DNA of 31,763 nucleotides from Candidatus Heimdallarchaeota archaeon (GTDB taxonomy: Archaea > Asgardarchaeota > Heimdallarchaeia > Heimdallarchaeales > Heimdallarchaeaceae): assembly GCA_030668825.1 (NCBI GenBank), contig DAOVET010000026.1:1-31763 (forward strand), given 5' to 3'. The notes below the pieces were generated by a model that had not been told where the DNA came from, ran no database searches, and was given only the letters and a program-made list of their open reading frames with translations. Every line of letters starts with the position of its first letter. Within the stretch, counting starts at the first letter, position 1. Position numbers and translations under genes: made by a program. Of this stretch, positions 9,343 to 17,963 are shown one piece after another.

Positions 9343-10569
9343 TTATTGAAGAACAAAGTTGAATATTTTTTTTGCAATGTCTATTTTTGTTCCTTCAACC
9401 CACTCTAATTTACTGCCCTTTCCTATCATTGCAACCTTATTGAAATCACTCTCAAAACCTGTCATTTCCTCTGAAACATCATTTGCAATAACAAAATTTG
9501 CTTGAGCTTTTTCCATTCTATCTTTTGCTCTTTCTACAAGTTCTGAATCAGTTTTCTTATATTCAGCTTTGAAAAGAACTAGTTTTGACTGAGGGGAGTT
9601 CTTTTTTATTTCATCAGCTAATTTCTGAGCTGGTAATAGAGTTAAATCCCATTTTTCTTTAGATGAAATCTTCCCATCTAAGTTTTCTTCGGGTACAAAA
9701 TCATTCATTGCAGCTGCTAGAATTATATAGTCATATTGATTTTTGCTGACTACATCAAGAGCTTCTTCATACATATCCTTAGCTGTCTCTGTTTGAAAAG
9801 AATCTCCAATGACTTTCGGTGGATTCAATTGAGAAGGTCCATAAATTAGTTTAACACTTGCTCCTCTTCTCCAAGCTTCTAATGCAACTGCGTAACCCAT
9901 CTTTCCTGACGAAGGATTACTTATGAATCTTATTCCATCAATGTAAGCTCTTGTAGGTCCAGCAGTGACAAGCACTTTCTTTCCTTCTAAAGATTGATTA
10001 CTTAGCTTTCTTAAACAGAATTCTACTATCTCATCTGTTTCTGGTATCTTAGCTTTTTCTTCTTCAATTCGAGGATATAGAATTTCAACATCCATCCCTT
10101 TGAGTTTTTCAAGATTTTCTTTAACAGCTGGATTATGCAACATAACTTCATGCATAGTGGGAACCATTATAACAGGGATCTTACTTCCCAAAGCAGTACC
10201 GGTAATAAGGGTAACTGGGGTATCCATAATCCCAGTAGCTATTTTTGAAATGGAATTAGCTGTTATTGGTGCTACAAGAATTAAATCAGCTTTATCTTTG
10301 GATGGAGCAGCATATTTTACATGTTCTACTTCGCCCTCAATTACAATAATTGGTTTTTCTCCAGTTGCCCATTCGAAAATCAAAGGATTGATGAACTTTG
10401 CAGCTTCAGGCGAGAGAACGGGGATTACTTTTGCTCCATGTCTCATTAGTTTTCTGGAAATTTGTGGGGCAAGATAACAAGAGATTGAACTTGTGATACA
10501 ATGAATTATTGTTTTTCCTTCTAGTTCGTTACTTAGCGTGCTAGTAATATCTTTTGAAATATGAGACAT
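9343..10569 (-). CDS. coaBC: bifunctional phosphopantothenoylcysteine decarboxylase/phosphopantothenate--cysteine ligase
   Basis: Flavoprotein domain (EHVKY, APITANSISKIA.GI.D, PTMHEVM) plus CoaB domain (VTAGPTRAYID.IRFISNPSSGKMG, AAAMNDF, FKAE, IANDV). Confidence 0.95.
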   Translation of the reverse strand: MSHISKDITSTLSNELEGKTIIHCITSSISCYLAPQISRKLMRHGAKVIPVLSPEAAKFINPLIFEWATGEKPIIVIEGEVEHVKYAAPSKDKADLILVAPITANSISKIATGIMDTPVTLITGTALGSKIPVIMVPTMHEVMLHNPAVKENLEKLKGMDVEILYPRIEEEKAKIPETDEIVEFCLRKLSNQSLEGKKVLVTAGPTRAYIDGIRFISNPSSGKMGYAVALEAWRRGASVKLIYGPSQLNPPKVIGDSFQTETAKDMYEEALDVVSKNQYDYIILAAAMNDFVPEENLDGKISSKEKWDLTLLPAQKLADEIKKNSPQSKLVLFKAEYKKTDSELVERAKDRMEKAQANFVIANDVSEEMTGFESDFNKVAMIGKGSKLEWVEGTKIDIAKKIFNFVLQ

Positions 10570-10609
10570 GAATAGAATTTATTATTTCTAAAAATAAATT
10601 TATGGCTAG

Positions 10610-10634
10610 GTGTGAAAATCTGTTGTGTGAAAAT
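10610..10634. promoter_or_regulatory. 10-bp direct repeat GTGTGAAAAT x2 in the coaBC/ferritin divergent promoter region
   Basis: Exact copies at 10610-10619 and 10625-10634. A regulatory role is inferred. Confidence 0.4.
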
Positions 10635-10703
10635 ATTGCAAAACCTAATAACTTATAAGGTGTGTCGATTAATTGCACATAGTAAATTTACAAGGTTAAC
10701 ATA

Positions 10704-11186
10704 ATGGCAAACATTAGTGAAAAATTAAATAATGCGTTTAATGCTCAAATTAAAGAAGAATTAGAATCAGCCTATCTCTATCTAGGAATGGCTGTATGGT
10801 TTGAAGAAAGAACTCTCGATAATCTCGCTGACTGGTTTAAAATGCAAGCTGAGGAAGAGTTTGAACATGCTATGAAATTAAAATCTCACATTGTTGAGAG
10901 AGGTGGTTCTGTTCACTACCTAGCTCTAGCAGAACAAAAACAAGAATGGACAAACATAATGGAAATTCTTGAAGCTTCTTATACACATGAAAAATACATC
11001 ACAGAAAAAATTACTGAACTCCATAACATAGCAAAAGAAATTAAAGAATACAGTTCTAATTATCTTATTCAGTGGTTCATGAAAGAGCAGGTTGAAGAAG
11101 AAGATAACATTTCAGGTCTTATTGATAAATACAAAGGTTACAAGAACGACTTCAACTTTGATCATCATGTTACAAGAGTTGAATAA
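10704..11186 (+). CDS. ftnA: non-heme ferritin
   Basis: NAQIKEELESAYLYLGM, QAEEEFEHAMK, HEKYIT and QWFMKEQVEEE carry the ferroxidase-centre residues. 160 aa. Confidence 0.93.
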   Translation: MANISEKLNNAFNAQIKEELESAYLYLGMAVWFEERTLDNLADWFKMQAEEEFEHAMKLKSHIVERGGSVHYLALAEQKQEWTNIMEILEASYTHEKYITEKITELHNIAKEIKEYSSNYLIQWFMKEQVEEEDNISGLIDKYKGYKNDFNFDHHVTRVE

Positions 11187-11191
11187 ACACA

Positions 11192-11217
11192 TCTCTTTTT
11201 TCTTACTTTTTCCTTTT
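11192..11217 (+). terminator. oligo-T terminator after ferritin
   Basis: tctctttttt cttacttttt cctttt tract just after the TAA. Confidence 0.5.
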
Positions 11218-11257
11218 ATCTGAAAAACCTTTTAATTTAGAATATACTTTCTTAATT

Positions 11258-12226
11258 GTGAAACAAGAGAAATCTATCCTTCTGATTGGTCTAGGTGCTA
11301 TAGGTTCGGTTTTATTTTCTAGATTAGTTAGAAACGATTACAAGGTTGTTTGCGTTACCTCTTTAAAGAGTTCAAAATTGATTAGAAAAAAAGGAATTAG
11401 AGTCCAACTTACATCTGATGTTTCACCTCTACTGCATAATTGTGAAGTATATGCTGAGCTGCCAGAGGATTATATTTTTGATAATTGCATCATTTCTACC
11501 AAATCTTGGTTAAATGAAATTCTTATTGAGGATCTAGAAAAATGGTTAACTTCTGAAGCTTCAATTCTCCTATTCCAGAATGGTTTGAATATAGAAGAAC
11601 CATTTCTTGTTTCCACCAAAAAATGGAAAATCACTAGAGCAATCACTTCTCTAGCCGTTTTGAGGAAAGAGAAAAATCATTCTGTTGAAGCTAGTATAGG
11701 TGATACATATATTGGAAGCATTAATCATGAAGATCAAGAAGAACTTAAAAGAGTCAAAAAACTACTGACTGAAATTGGACTTACAGTTGAAACATCCAAA
11801 GATATTCAGAGAGATATCTGGATGAAAACAGTAACAAATAGCTCGATTGGTCCGTTAAGTGCAATTACTGGTCTTACCAATGGAGCTGTATTAGGAGATA
11901 GTTTTCTTAATAAAATAATTAGCTCAGTGATAGATGAAATCATACTCGTAGCTCCTGAAGAATTGACCTTGAATTATGAAGAAGCCTATAACATGATAAA
12001 GAAAATAGTAAGTCAAACAACAAATCATAAATCATCCATGCTTCAAGATATAGAAAGCAAAACAAAAACAGAAATTAGCACACTTAATGGTGAGATAATC
12101 AATTTAGCTGAAAAAAAGGGGATAGATGTTCCAATCAATAAGAAGTTAGTTGAACTAGTAACTAAATCAACAGATGATAATTTTCCCAAAGAGTTAGCAA
12201 TTCTTGAACTAAGATCCATATATTGA
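11258..12226 (+). CDS. panE: 2-dehydropantoate 2-reductase (ketopantoate reductase)
   Basis: Rossmann GLGAIG, STKS, LFQNGL, IWMKTVTN, SSMLQDI...TEI..LNG. Lies in a CoA-synthesis cluster. GTG start. Confidence 0.9.
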   Translation: MKQEKSILLIGLGAIGSVLFSRLVRNDYKVVCVTSLKSSKLIRKKGIRVQLTSDVSPLLHNCEVYAELPEDYIFDNCIISTKSWLNEILIEDLEKWLTSEASILLFQNGLNIEEPFLVSTKKWKITRAITSLAVLRKEKNHSVEASIGDTYIGSINHEDQEELKRVKKLLTEIGLTVETSKDIQRDIWMKTVTNSSIGPLSAITGLTNGAVLGDSFLNKIISSVIDEIILVAPEELTLNYEEAYNMIKKIVSQTTNHKSSMLQDIESKTKTEISTLNGEIINLAEKKGIDVPINKKLVELVTKSTDDNFPKELAILELRSIY

Positions 12227-13119
12227 GTGATATCATGTCAAAATTCTGGGTAGCGTCACACATTAGTGGGATATTTACAATACATGATGAAGCAGAGGAC
12301 ATTAATTACAAGGGGTCAAAAGGAGCTGGTTTTTCAATAAATCGTGGAACCACTACATGGATAGAAGAATCGGATGATTCGAAGAATCATATTTTCTTCA
12401 ATGGGAAAGAAATTCAAAAATCTGTAGCAAAAATATCTGATTATATAATGTCATATTGTCAAATTGCAGCAGATAAGAAAGTAGATAGAACTCATGGAGT
12501 TTCTTTATTTCATGAATTTGAGGTTCCATTGGCTTGTGGTTTTGGAGCTAGTGCCTCGGGAGCTCTTGGAAGTTGTTTAGCTTTTAATGAATTTTATGAT
12601 TTACAATTCCCCGAAAATTTCCTTCAATGTCTTGCTCATTCTGCAGAAGTTAATTATAGTGGGGGTTTAGGTGATATTTCTGGTCTTCTTCAAGGAGGAT
12701 GGGAATTTCGCTTACAACCTGGTGCTCCTGGAGTAGGAGAAGTTAGAAGTATTTTAGAAAATAGCTACAGAGTTGCTACAATTACTTTTGGAGAGATTCC
12801 AACTAAATCAATTATTACCAGTGCTAGTTGGAAGGAACAAATAAACAAAGTTGGGGAGTTATTTTTAGCAGATTTAAGTAATGAACCTACAATAAGAAAC
12901 TTTGCTACTGTATCAAAACAGTTCTCCATAACTTCTCTTCTTGCTACCCCCCAAGTCAATGAGATTATGCAGGATTTAGAGAGTAGCGAAATCCTTGTTG
13001 GTCAGATTATGCTAGGCAATGGAGTTTTCTTGATCTATAAAAATAGGTCAGTCTTATCTAGTTTAGATGATTATATTGAAGAAGAAATTTGCTACAATAC
13101 TGTAAAGAAATATGGTTGA
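12223..13119 (+). CDS. pok: archaeal pantoate kinase (GHMP kinase family)
   Basis: SHISGIF, GSKGAGFSI, P-loop VPLACGFGASASGALG, AHSAEV...GGLGDI, GG.EFR.QPGAPG. The TTG start overlaps the panE stop; alternative ATG at 12235. Confidence 0.88.
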   Translation: MSDIMSKFWVASHISGIFTIHDEAEDINYKGSKGAGFSINRGTTTWIEESDDSKNHIFFNGKEIQKSVAKISDYIMSYCQIAADKKVDRTHGVSLFHEFEVPLACGFGASASGALGSCLAFNEFYDLQFPENFLQCLAHSAEVNYSGGLGDISGLLQGGWEFRLQPGAPGVGEVRSILENSYRVATITFGEIPTKSIITSASWKEQINKVGELFLADLSNEPTIRNFATVSKQFSITSLLATPQVNEIMQDLESSEILVGQIMLGNGVFLIYKNRSVLSSLDDYIEEEICYNTVKKYG

Positions 13120-13929
13120 TTAATCATATCTATGTTCCTGAGAAGGAAATTTACCTGATTTAACTTCCTCTGCAAATTCTATCACAGCATTTTTGATGAT
13201 GGAGTTAACATCTGCATACTTCTTAACAAACTTAGGTTTCAAATCGAAAGTGAGACCGATTAGATCATCTATAACAAGAACTTGACCATCGCAGTATTCC
13301 CCAGCTCCTATACCTATGGTTGGAATAGATAATTCCTCTGTAATCTTCTTAGCAAGTTTCCAAGGAATAGATTCAATAATTAAAGCGTAAATTCCAGCTT
13401 CCTCCAGCATTTTTGCATGTTTAATTAATCTCTCTTCATCCTTTGACTCTTTGCCTTGAACTTTGAAACCTCCAAATTCGTTAATATACGTTGGAGTGAG
13501 ACCTATGTGACCTAAAACTGGTATACCAATTGCTTTTATCTCTTTGATTTCCTCAGTTCTTTCCTCTCCTCCTTCAAGTTTTACAGATTCACATTTTCCC
13601 TCTTTAACAAGTCTTCCAGCGTTTCTAACAGTTTCTTCAACATTAATTCCATATGTTAAGAAAGGCATGTCACCTATGATGTGTGCACGTTTTGTTCCTC
13701 TTGCAACTGCTTGACTGTGTCGAATAGAATCTTCAATTGTAACTTCTAGTGTATTCTCATAACCAAGAATAGTCATCCCAAGAGAATCCCCGATTAGAAT
13801 AGAATCAATCCCTATTTCATCAATGATCCTTGCTAAAGGATAAGTATATGCAGAAATCATTGTGATTTTAATTCCCTCATCTTTCATTTTTTGAAAATCT
13901 TTGATTGTTATTTTCTCCATTGTAGTCAT
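13120..13929 (-). CDS. panB: 3-methyl-2-oxobutanoate hydroxymethyltransferase
   Basis: ILIGDSLGM, GDMPFLTY, VKLEGG, GHIGLTP, IGIGAG..CDGQVLV, PKFVKKY. Confidence 0.97.
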   Translation of the reverse strand: MTTMEKITIKDFQKMKDEGIKITMISAYTYPLARIIDEIGIDSILIGDSLGMTILGYENTLEVTIEDSIRHSQAVARGTKRAHIIGDMPFLTYGINVEETVRNAGRLVKEGKCESVKLEGGEERTEEIKEIKAIGIPVLGHIGLTPTYINEFGGFKVQGKESKDEERLIKHAKMLEEAGIYALIIESIPWKLAKKITEELSIPTIGIGAGEYCDGQVLVIDDLIGLTFDLKPKFVKKYADVNSIIKNAVIEFAEEVKSGKFPSQEHRYD

Positions 13930-13943
13930 TTTTAAACAACTTC

Positions 13944-14726
13944 CTATTCAACTTTTGGTTTTTCAAGTTCTCCTTCTGCTAAATTATTAAGCCGTTGTGA
14001 TATGTATAGCAAGCTTTCCTGTAAAGATTTGTGATTATCGAAATTTTCAACAATTTCTAAAAGATCTTCCTTACTTTTGTTTCTTAGTTTCTCAGCAATA
14101 CTTACCATTTCAGGGATTGCTCTTATTACATTATTAACTATTGTAATGTTTGACCAGATTGAAGTTCTAGATAGTGGATTAAGATCTATAGTGATTACTC
14201 TCTTCCCCATTTTTCTTAAAGCCATTGTCCTATCACCGTCCTCTAAAGGAACTAGTATCACATCAGCAGAAAAAATTCCTCTTTTGTCTACTACTCTTCT
14301 AGAGTGAGATAATTCTTCAATAGTTGTATAAAATTCAGGATCCTTTCCCAGAATATTTTTAGCTCCTGCTTCTTGAAGTTTTTTTGCTACAATTGCTGAT
14401 CTTTCTTCCCTTCGATAAAAGAGATTAACTTCAAGGTTTACAGAAAGAATATCTGCCAATTTAACTAATTCTTCTGAACACAATGATGCAATGTTACCAT
14501 TTACAGAAATTATTGCTTTTTTTGCTAAAAGTATCATGGCAACTGCTGCGGTTTGTTGCTGAATTGCAAACGAAGGTGTTTTTTCACCAATTAGGTAGTC
14601 GAAAGCTTCCCCTCGTCCATGAGCTATTAAACCAGCTTCTGCCACAATATCCTGATGCATACCTTCAATAATCAATTCTCTTACACGTAAAGATTCTGTT
14701 CTAGGATGATTTTTAGGAATTCTCAA
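13944..14726 (-). CDS. pps: archaeal phosphopantothenate synthetase (4-phosphopantoate--beta-alanine ligase)
   Basis: IP..HPR.ESL..RE, GLIAHGRGEAFDYLIGEKT, ISVNGN, EVNLFYR, VPLEDGDRT, IDLNPLSRT. TTG start. Confidence 0.95.
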   Translation of the reverse strand: MRIPKNHPRTESLRVRELIIEGMHQDIVAEAGLIAHGRGEAFDYLIGEKTPSFAIQQQTAAVAMILLAKKAIISVNGNIASLCSEELVKLADILSVNLEVNLFYRREERSAIVAKKLQEAGAKNILGKDPEFYTTIEELSHSRRVVDKRGIFSADVILVPLEDGDRTMALRKMGKRVITIDLNPLSRTSIWSNITIVNNVIRAIPEMVSIAEKLRNKSKEDLLEIVENFDNHKSLQESLLYISQRLNNLAEGELEKPKVE

Positions 14727-14835
14727 TTATATCTAGCTTAATAGTATCTAAAGCCTAAATAAATTTCTTCATAAAAGAGATTCATAGGGTCTTTCCTAAC
14801 ATTCTTATATAACTAATTTGAAGATAGTTCCATCC

Positions 14836-15711
14836 ATGAACTCCAAAAAGAAAAAAGAAAAGGTAATAGAGCATCAAGAAGCTCTTTTCTACAAAGAAGC
14901 AGAAAGAGTTTATGTTCCTATGTCTGATGGAGCAGAACTGCTTTGCTATTTCACTAAAAAGAATAAAAATCCTTCAGGGGTCACTATTCTATTCATACCT
15001 GGTTATGCCTCTGTTCCTTTGTCTTGGAACGATTTGTGGGACTGTCTTTACGAAGAGTTTGATCTTTATGTTTTGGAAACTAGAGAAAAAATCACATCCA
15101 AGGTAAAATGGAGTCACAAAGGTGATATGAATCGTTCAGGAATGGATATAGGAGATGCTCTTAGAGGACTGAAACTAGATCCTAAAAAAACAGTAATTTT
15201 CTGTGCAAGTGCTTCTGCTCTTTATACAATGAGAGGCTTAGCTGAAAAATGGCTAGATGAGCCTCTAGGTTTAATAATGATTGGTCCAGTTAGAACTCCC
15301 AAGCTCCCTTCAAAACTCATTTTTATAACTAAATTCACACCTAGTTTTCTTATTGATGGACTATTAAGCAGCGTAGGAAAACTTTGGATAGGTACAGCAG
15401 TTCCAAAAGGAGTTCAAAGGGATAGATATAGACAGTATGTTGGGACAGCAAGTGCTATGAGATGGAAAAAAACTATGTGGGTAACTTTCTGGGATGGCAC
15501 TGAGGATTTCAAGAAAGTCAAAGTTCCCTCACTTATGGTAGGAGCAATCCAAGAAGATCTTCATGTTGATGATGAGACTAAGATTTGTGTAGATTTAGTA
15601 GAAACTAGTGAATATCTTCAAGTTCCAAGTTTTGTCTATATGCATCATCTTCCAGGAGCAGCTGAATTTACCAAACAAGTAATTAAATTCGTAGAAAAGA
15701 TAGCTAAGTGA
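14836..15711 (+). CDS. alpha/beta hydrolase fold protein, paralog 1 (non-canonical elbow CASAS)
   Basis: VPMSDGAEL, ILFIPGYAS, ETREK.TS, C-terminal YMHH. Clearly paralogous to the next gene. ATG at 14836 is preferred to TTG at 14818. Confidence 0.75.
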   Translation: MNSKKKKEKVIEHQEALFYKEAERVYVPMSDGAELLCYFTKKNKNPSGVTILFIPGYASVPLSWNDLWDCLYEEFDLYVLETREKITSKVKWSHKGDMNRSGMDIGDALRGLKLDPKKTVIFCASASALYTMRGLAEKWLDEPLGLIMIGPVRTPKLPSKLIFITKFTPSFLIDGLLSSVGKLWIGTAVPKGVQRDRYRQYVGTASAMRWKKTMWVTFWDGTEDFKKVKVPSLMVGAIQEDLHVDDETKICVDLVETSEYLQVPSFVYMHHLPGAAEFTKQVIKFVEKIAK

Positions 15712-15736
15712 TTATCTTTTCTACACCAATATCCTT

Positions 15737-15754
15737 AAGATATTATTATATCTT
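15737..15754. promoter_or_regulatory. inverted repeat AAGATAT-N4-ATATCTT between the hydrolase paralogs
   Basis: Perfect 7-bp arms ending 14 nt upstream of ATG 15768. AT-rich, so chance cannot be excluded. Confidence 0.35.
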
Positions 15755-15767
15755 GAAATTCTATCAG

Positions 15768-16631
15768 ATGTCTGAAGAAGAAATCGATATGGAAAACTAT
15801 TCCCAAGATGAGTTATTTTGGAAAGAATCTACAAAAGAATATGTTCCAATGTCAGATGGTGCTGAATTATTGGTCTATTACACAAAGAAAGGTGGCAAGG
15901 ATAAAAAAACCATTCTATTTCTTCCAGGATATGCAACTGGTGTATTCAGCTGGTCAGATTTGTGGGATGAGCTTTATACAGAATATGATTTGTATGTCTT
16001 TGAATCAAGAGAGAAAAACAGTTCTAAAGTGAAATGGAAGCACAAAGCTGACATGAACAGATTAGGTCTAGATGTTAAAGAAACTATAGAGCATTTCAAG
16101 TTCGATCAAAATAATTTGTTCATGATTGGTTCCAGTTTTGGATGCAGCACGAGTGCAAGAGCGATGGCAGAAAAGTTGTTTAAACCTGCTGGAATTCTCT
16201 TTAATGGTCCTTCAGTAAAATTCATTCTCCCTCGAAAAATCTTATGGCTTGCATATGTTATTCCAGCATTTATTCTGCAAGTTATAGGAATACCTATCCT
16301 CAGATTGTGGATTTCAATTATGTTTCCCAAGGGGTTCCAGAGACAACATTATAATGATTTCATAGGTAACGCTAATGCTATGAGATGGAAAAAAACTCTA
16401 AGTACTTCTCGATGGAATGCATTAGAAGATTATGCTAAAGTTCCTAGTAAGACATGGATAACTCTTGATCCAGATGATTCATTGCACACAGTAGATTTTG
16501 TTGAAACCATATTGAGTACAATTCCTGATTCAACTTTAGTTGAAGTTCCAAGCTATAACTACATGCATCACTATCCTGGAGCTAGAAATTTTGCTAAGCA
16601 AATTAAGGAATTAATTGAATCTTTTGAATAA
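15768..16631 (+). CDS. alpha/beta hydrolase, paralog 2 (GSSFG elbow)
   Basis: VPMSDGAEL, LFLPGYATG, nucleophile IGSSFG, C-terminal YMHH. Start placed at ATG 15768 by alignment with paralog 1 (ATG 15789 also possible). Confidence 0.8.
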   Translation: MSEEEIDMENYSQDELFWKESTKEYVPMSDGAELLVYYTKKGGKDKKTILFLPGYATGVFSWSDLWDELYTEYDLYVFESREKNSSKVKWKHKADMNRLGLDVKETIEHFKFDQNNLFMIGSSFGCSTSARAMAEKLFKPAGILFNGPSVKFILPRKILWLAYVIPAFILQVIGIPILRLWISIMFPKGFQRQHYNDFIGNANAMRWKKTLSTSRWNALEDYAKVPSKTWITLDPDDSLHTVDFVETILSTIPDSTLVEVPSYNYMHHYPGARNFAKQIKELIESFE

Positions 16632-16817
16632 ATCTATTTTATTAGGAACGTATGAACTGGGCTGATGAATATCTTGAAATAAAATGTTGACACAAACGGA
16701 GAAGGAAAAAGCTGCTAAACACGCTGCTGAAAGTAAATCATAGTGTTTTTCATTCTTTTTTCCCTCATTGTATTAAAAGGAAATTTTTTTATCTCACGAT
16801 ATTCAATTAATCTTACC

Positions 16818-17864
16818 TTGAAATCACAAAAGCAAAAAACTATAGGAACTTTGTTACTTTTCTTCACAATTTTAATACTGATTTCTTCTAGTAATTTTGT
16901 TCAAACAAATTCAAATGAAGAATATTTATATCCAACATTCTTAGCTGATGAGATGTTAATAAGATCTCATCATACTACAGTAGACATTTATCAAACAGAT
17001 TCTATATCTGTTAGTGAATCTTTTGTGGTTGAAAACACAGAAAATACAACTCAGACATACATTGATCTCTGGTTTAACACATCATTAAATACACTCATTG
17101 TTGAGGATGGAGAAGGCTCTTTGATATTCAATTGGGATGTTGTTTCCAACAGTAGTAATAAAGTAAGAGTTAACTTCAGAACCGAACTTAACGAGAGTCA
17201 AACAGCAGCATTTGCTGTAAAATATGATCTTAATACCATTCTTAATCCCATTGGTTCAAAACCTATTTATTATTCATTTGAATTCTCTTCAACAATCAGT
17301 CATCAAACAACATCATACGGAATGATTGTTCTTTTACCTGAAAGAAGTTTTATCCATGAGTTTGAAGATAGCACTCCTTCAATTTATCCAATTAATGCAA
17401 CACAAATCCTTGAGAAAAATCGAATCAAAGTAACCTGGAATTTAGATAATTTAGCCATTGAATCCAATCCTTTCTTCTTAATTCGATTTGATGAACCTCT
17501 TGTTCCTGAAGAAGATCTTTCTTTCTGGGAATCCAAAGCTACCATGTTTCTAGTAGGTTTTGCTGTTGGTGTACTTATTGGAATAAGTGGTATATCTTGG
17601 TTAATTAGATACAGAGAAAAGAAAGCAATGAAGAAAATAGGAATGACATTGTTGACAGATAATCAGAAATCGTTAATCAAAATAATATACGATAAAAAGG
17701 GTAAAGTAAGTCAGAAAGACCTTTGTGACATAACTGGTTATTCAAAATCCAAGATTTCTAGAAACCTAGTTCCATTGGAGCTACGCGGACTCATAAAACG
17801 TGAAAAATGGGGAAGGACATACGTTATTTATCTGACAGACGATGGTAGAACTGTTATAGAATAA
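16818..17864 (+). CDS. membrane-anchored transcriptional regulator: signal/TM, extracytoplasmic beta-rich domain, TM, C-terminal winged HTH (COG2512-like)
   Basis: N-terminal KSQKQK plus hydrophobic stretch, about 200-aa beta-rich domain with sequons, TM FLVGFAVGVLIGISGISWLI, then LTDNQKSLIKII...VSQKDL...GYSKSKISRNLVPLELRGLIKREKWGRTYVIYL. TTG at 16818 is preferred to GTG at 16743. Confidence 0.82.
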   Translation: MKSQKQKTIGTLLLFFTILILISSSNFVQTNSNEEYLYPTFLADEMLIRSHHTTVDIYQTDSISVSESFVVENTENTTQTYIDLWFNTSLNTLIVEDGEGSLIFNWDVVSNSSNKVRVNFRTELNESQTAAFAVKYDLNTILNPIGSKPIYYSFEFSSTISHQTTSYGMIVLLPERSFIHEFEDSTPSIYPINATQILEKNRIKVTWNLDNLAIESNPFFLIRFDEPLVPEEDLSFWESKATMFLVGFAVGVLIGISGISWLIRYREKKAMKKIGMTLLTDNQKSLIKIIYDKKGKVSQKDLCDITGYSKSKISRNLVPLELRGLIKREKWGRTYVIYLTDDGRTVIE

Positions 17865-17865
17865 T

Positions 17866-17905
17866 GGTTGGCAACCGTTTCATATTGGTGTGAAACAGGT
17901 GCTAA
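17866..17905. promoter_or_regulatory. imperfect inverted repeat, candidate operator for the adjacent wHTH regulator
   Basis: TTGGCAACCGTTTCA-N8-TGAAACAGGTGCTAA (12/15 complementary), with an overlapping GGTTG-G-CAACC palindrome. Lies upstream of an AT-rich TATA-like stretch (about 17925-17932) and the next gene. Confidence 0.55.
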
Positions 17906-17963
17906 ACCCAGGTATAACCGATATTTCATATATGGCTGAAACCAATGTTTTATTGGTGTTAAA

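Noticed and set aside
10030-10090. CoaC domain lacks the bacterial Cys-containing substrate clamp (reads PRIEEEKAKIP)
   Set aside because: A shortened clamp is a known feature of archaeal CoaBC, so it is neither novel nor a sign of inactivation.
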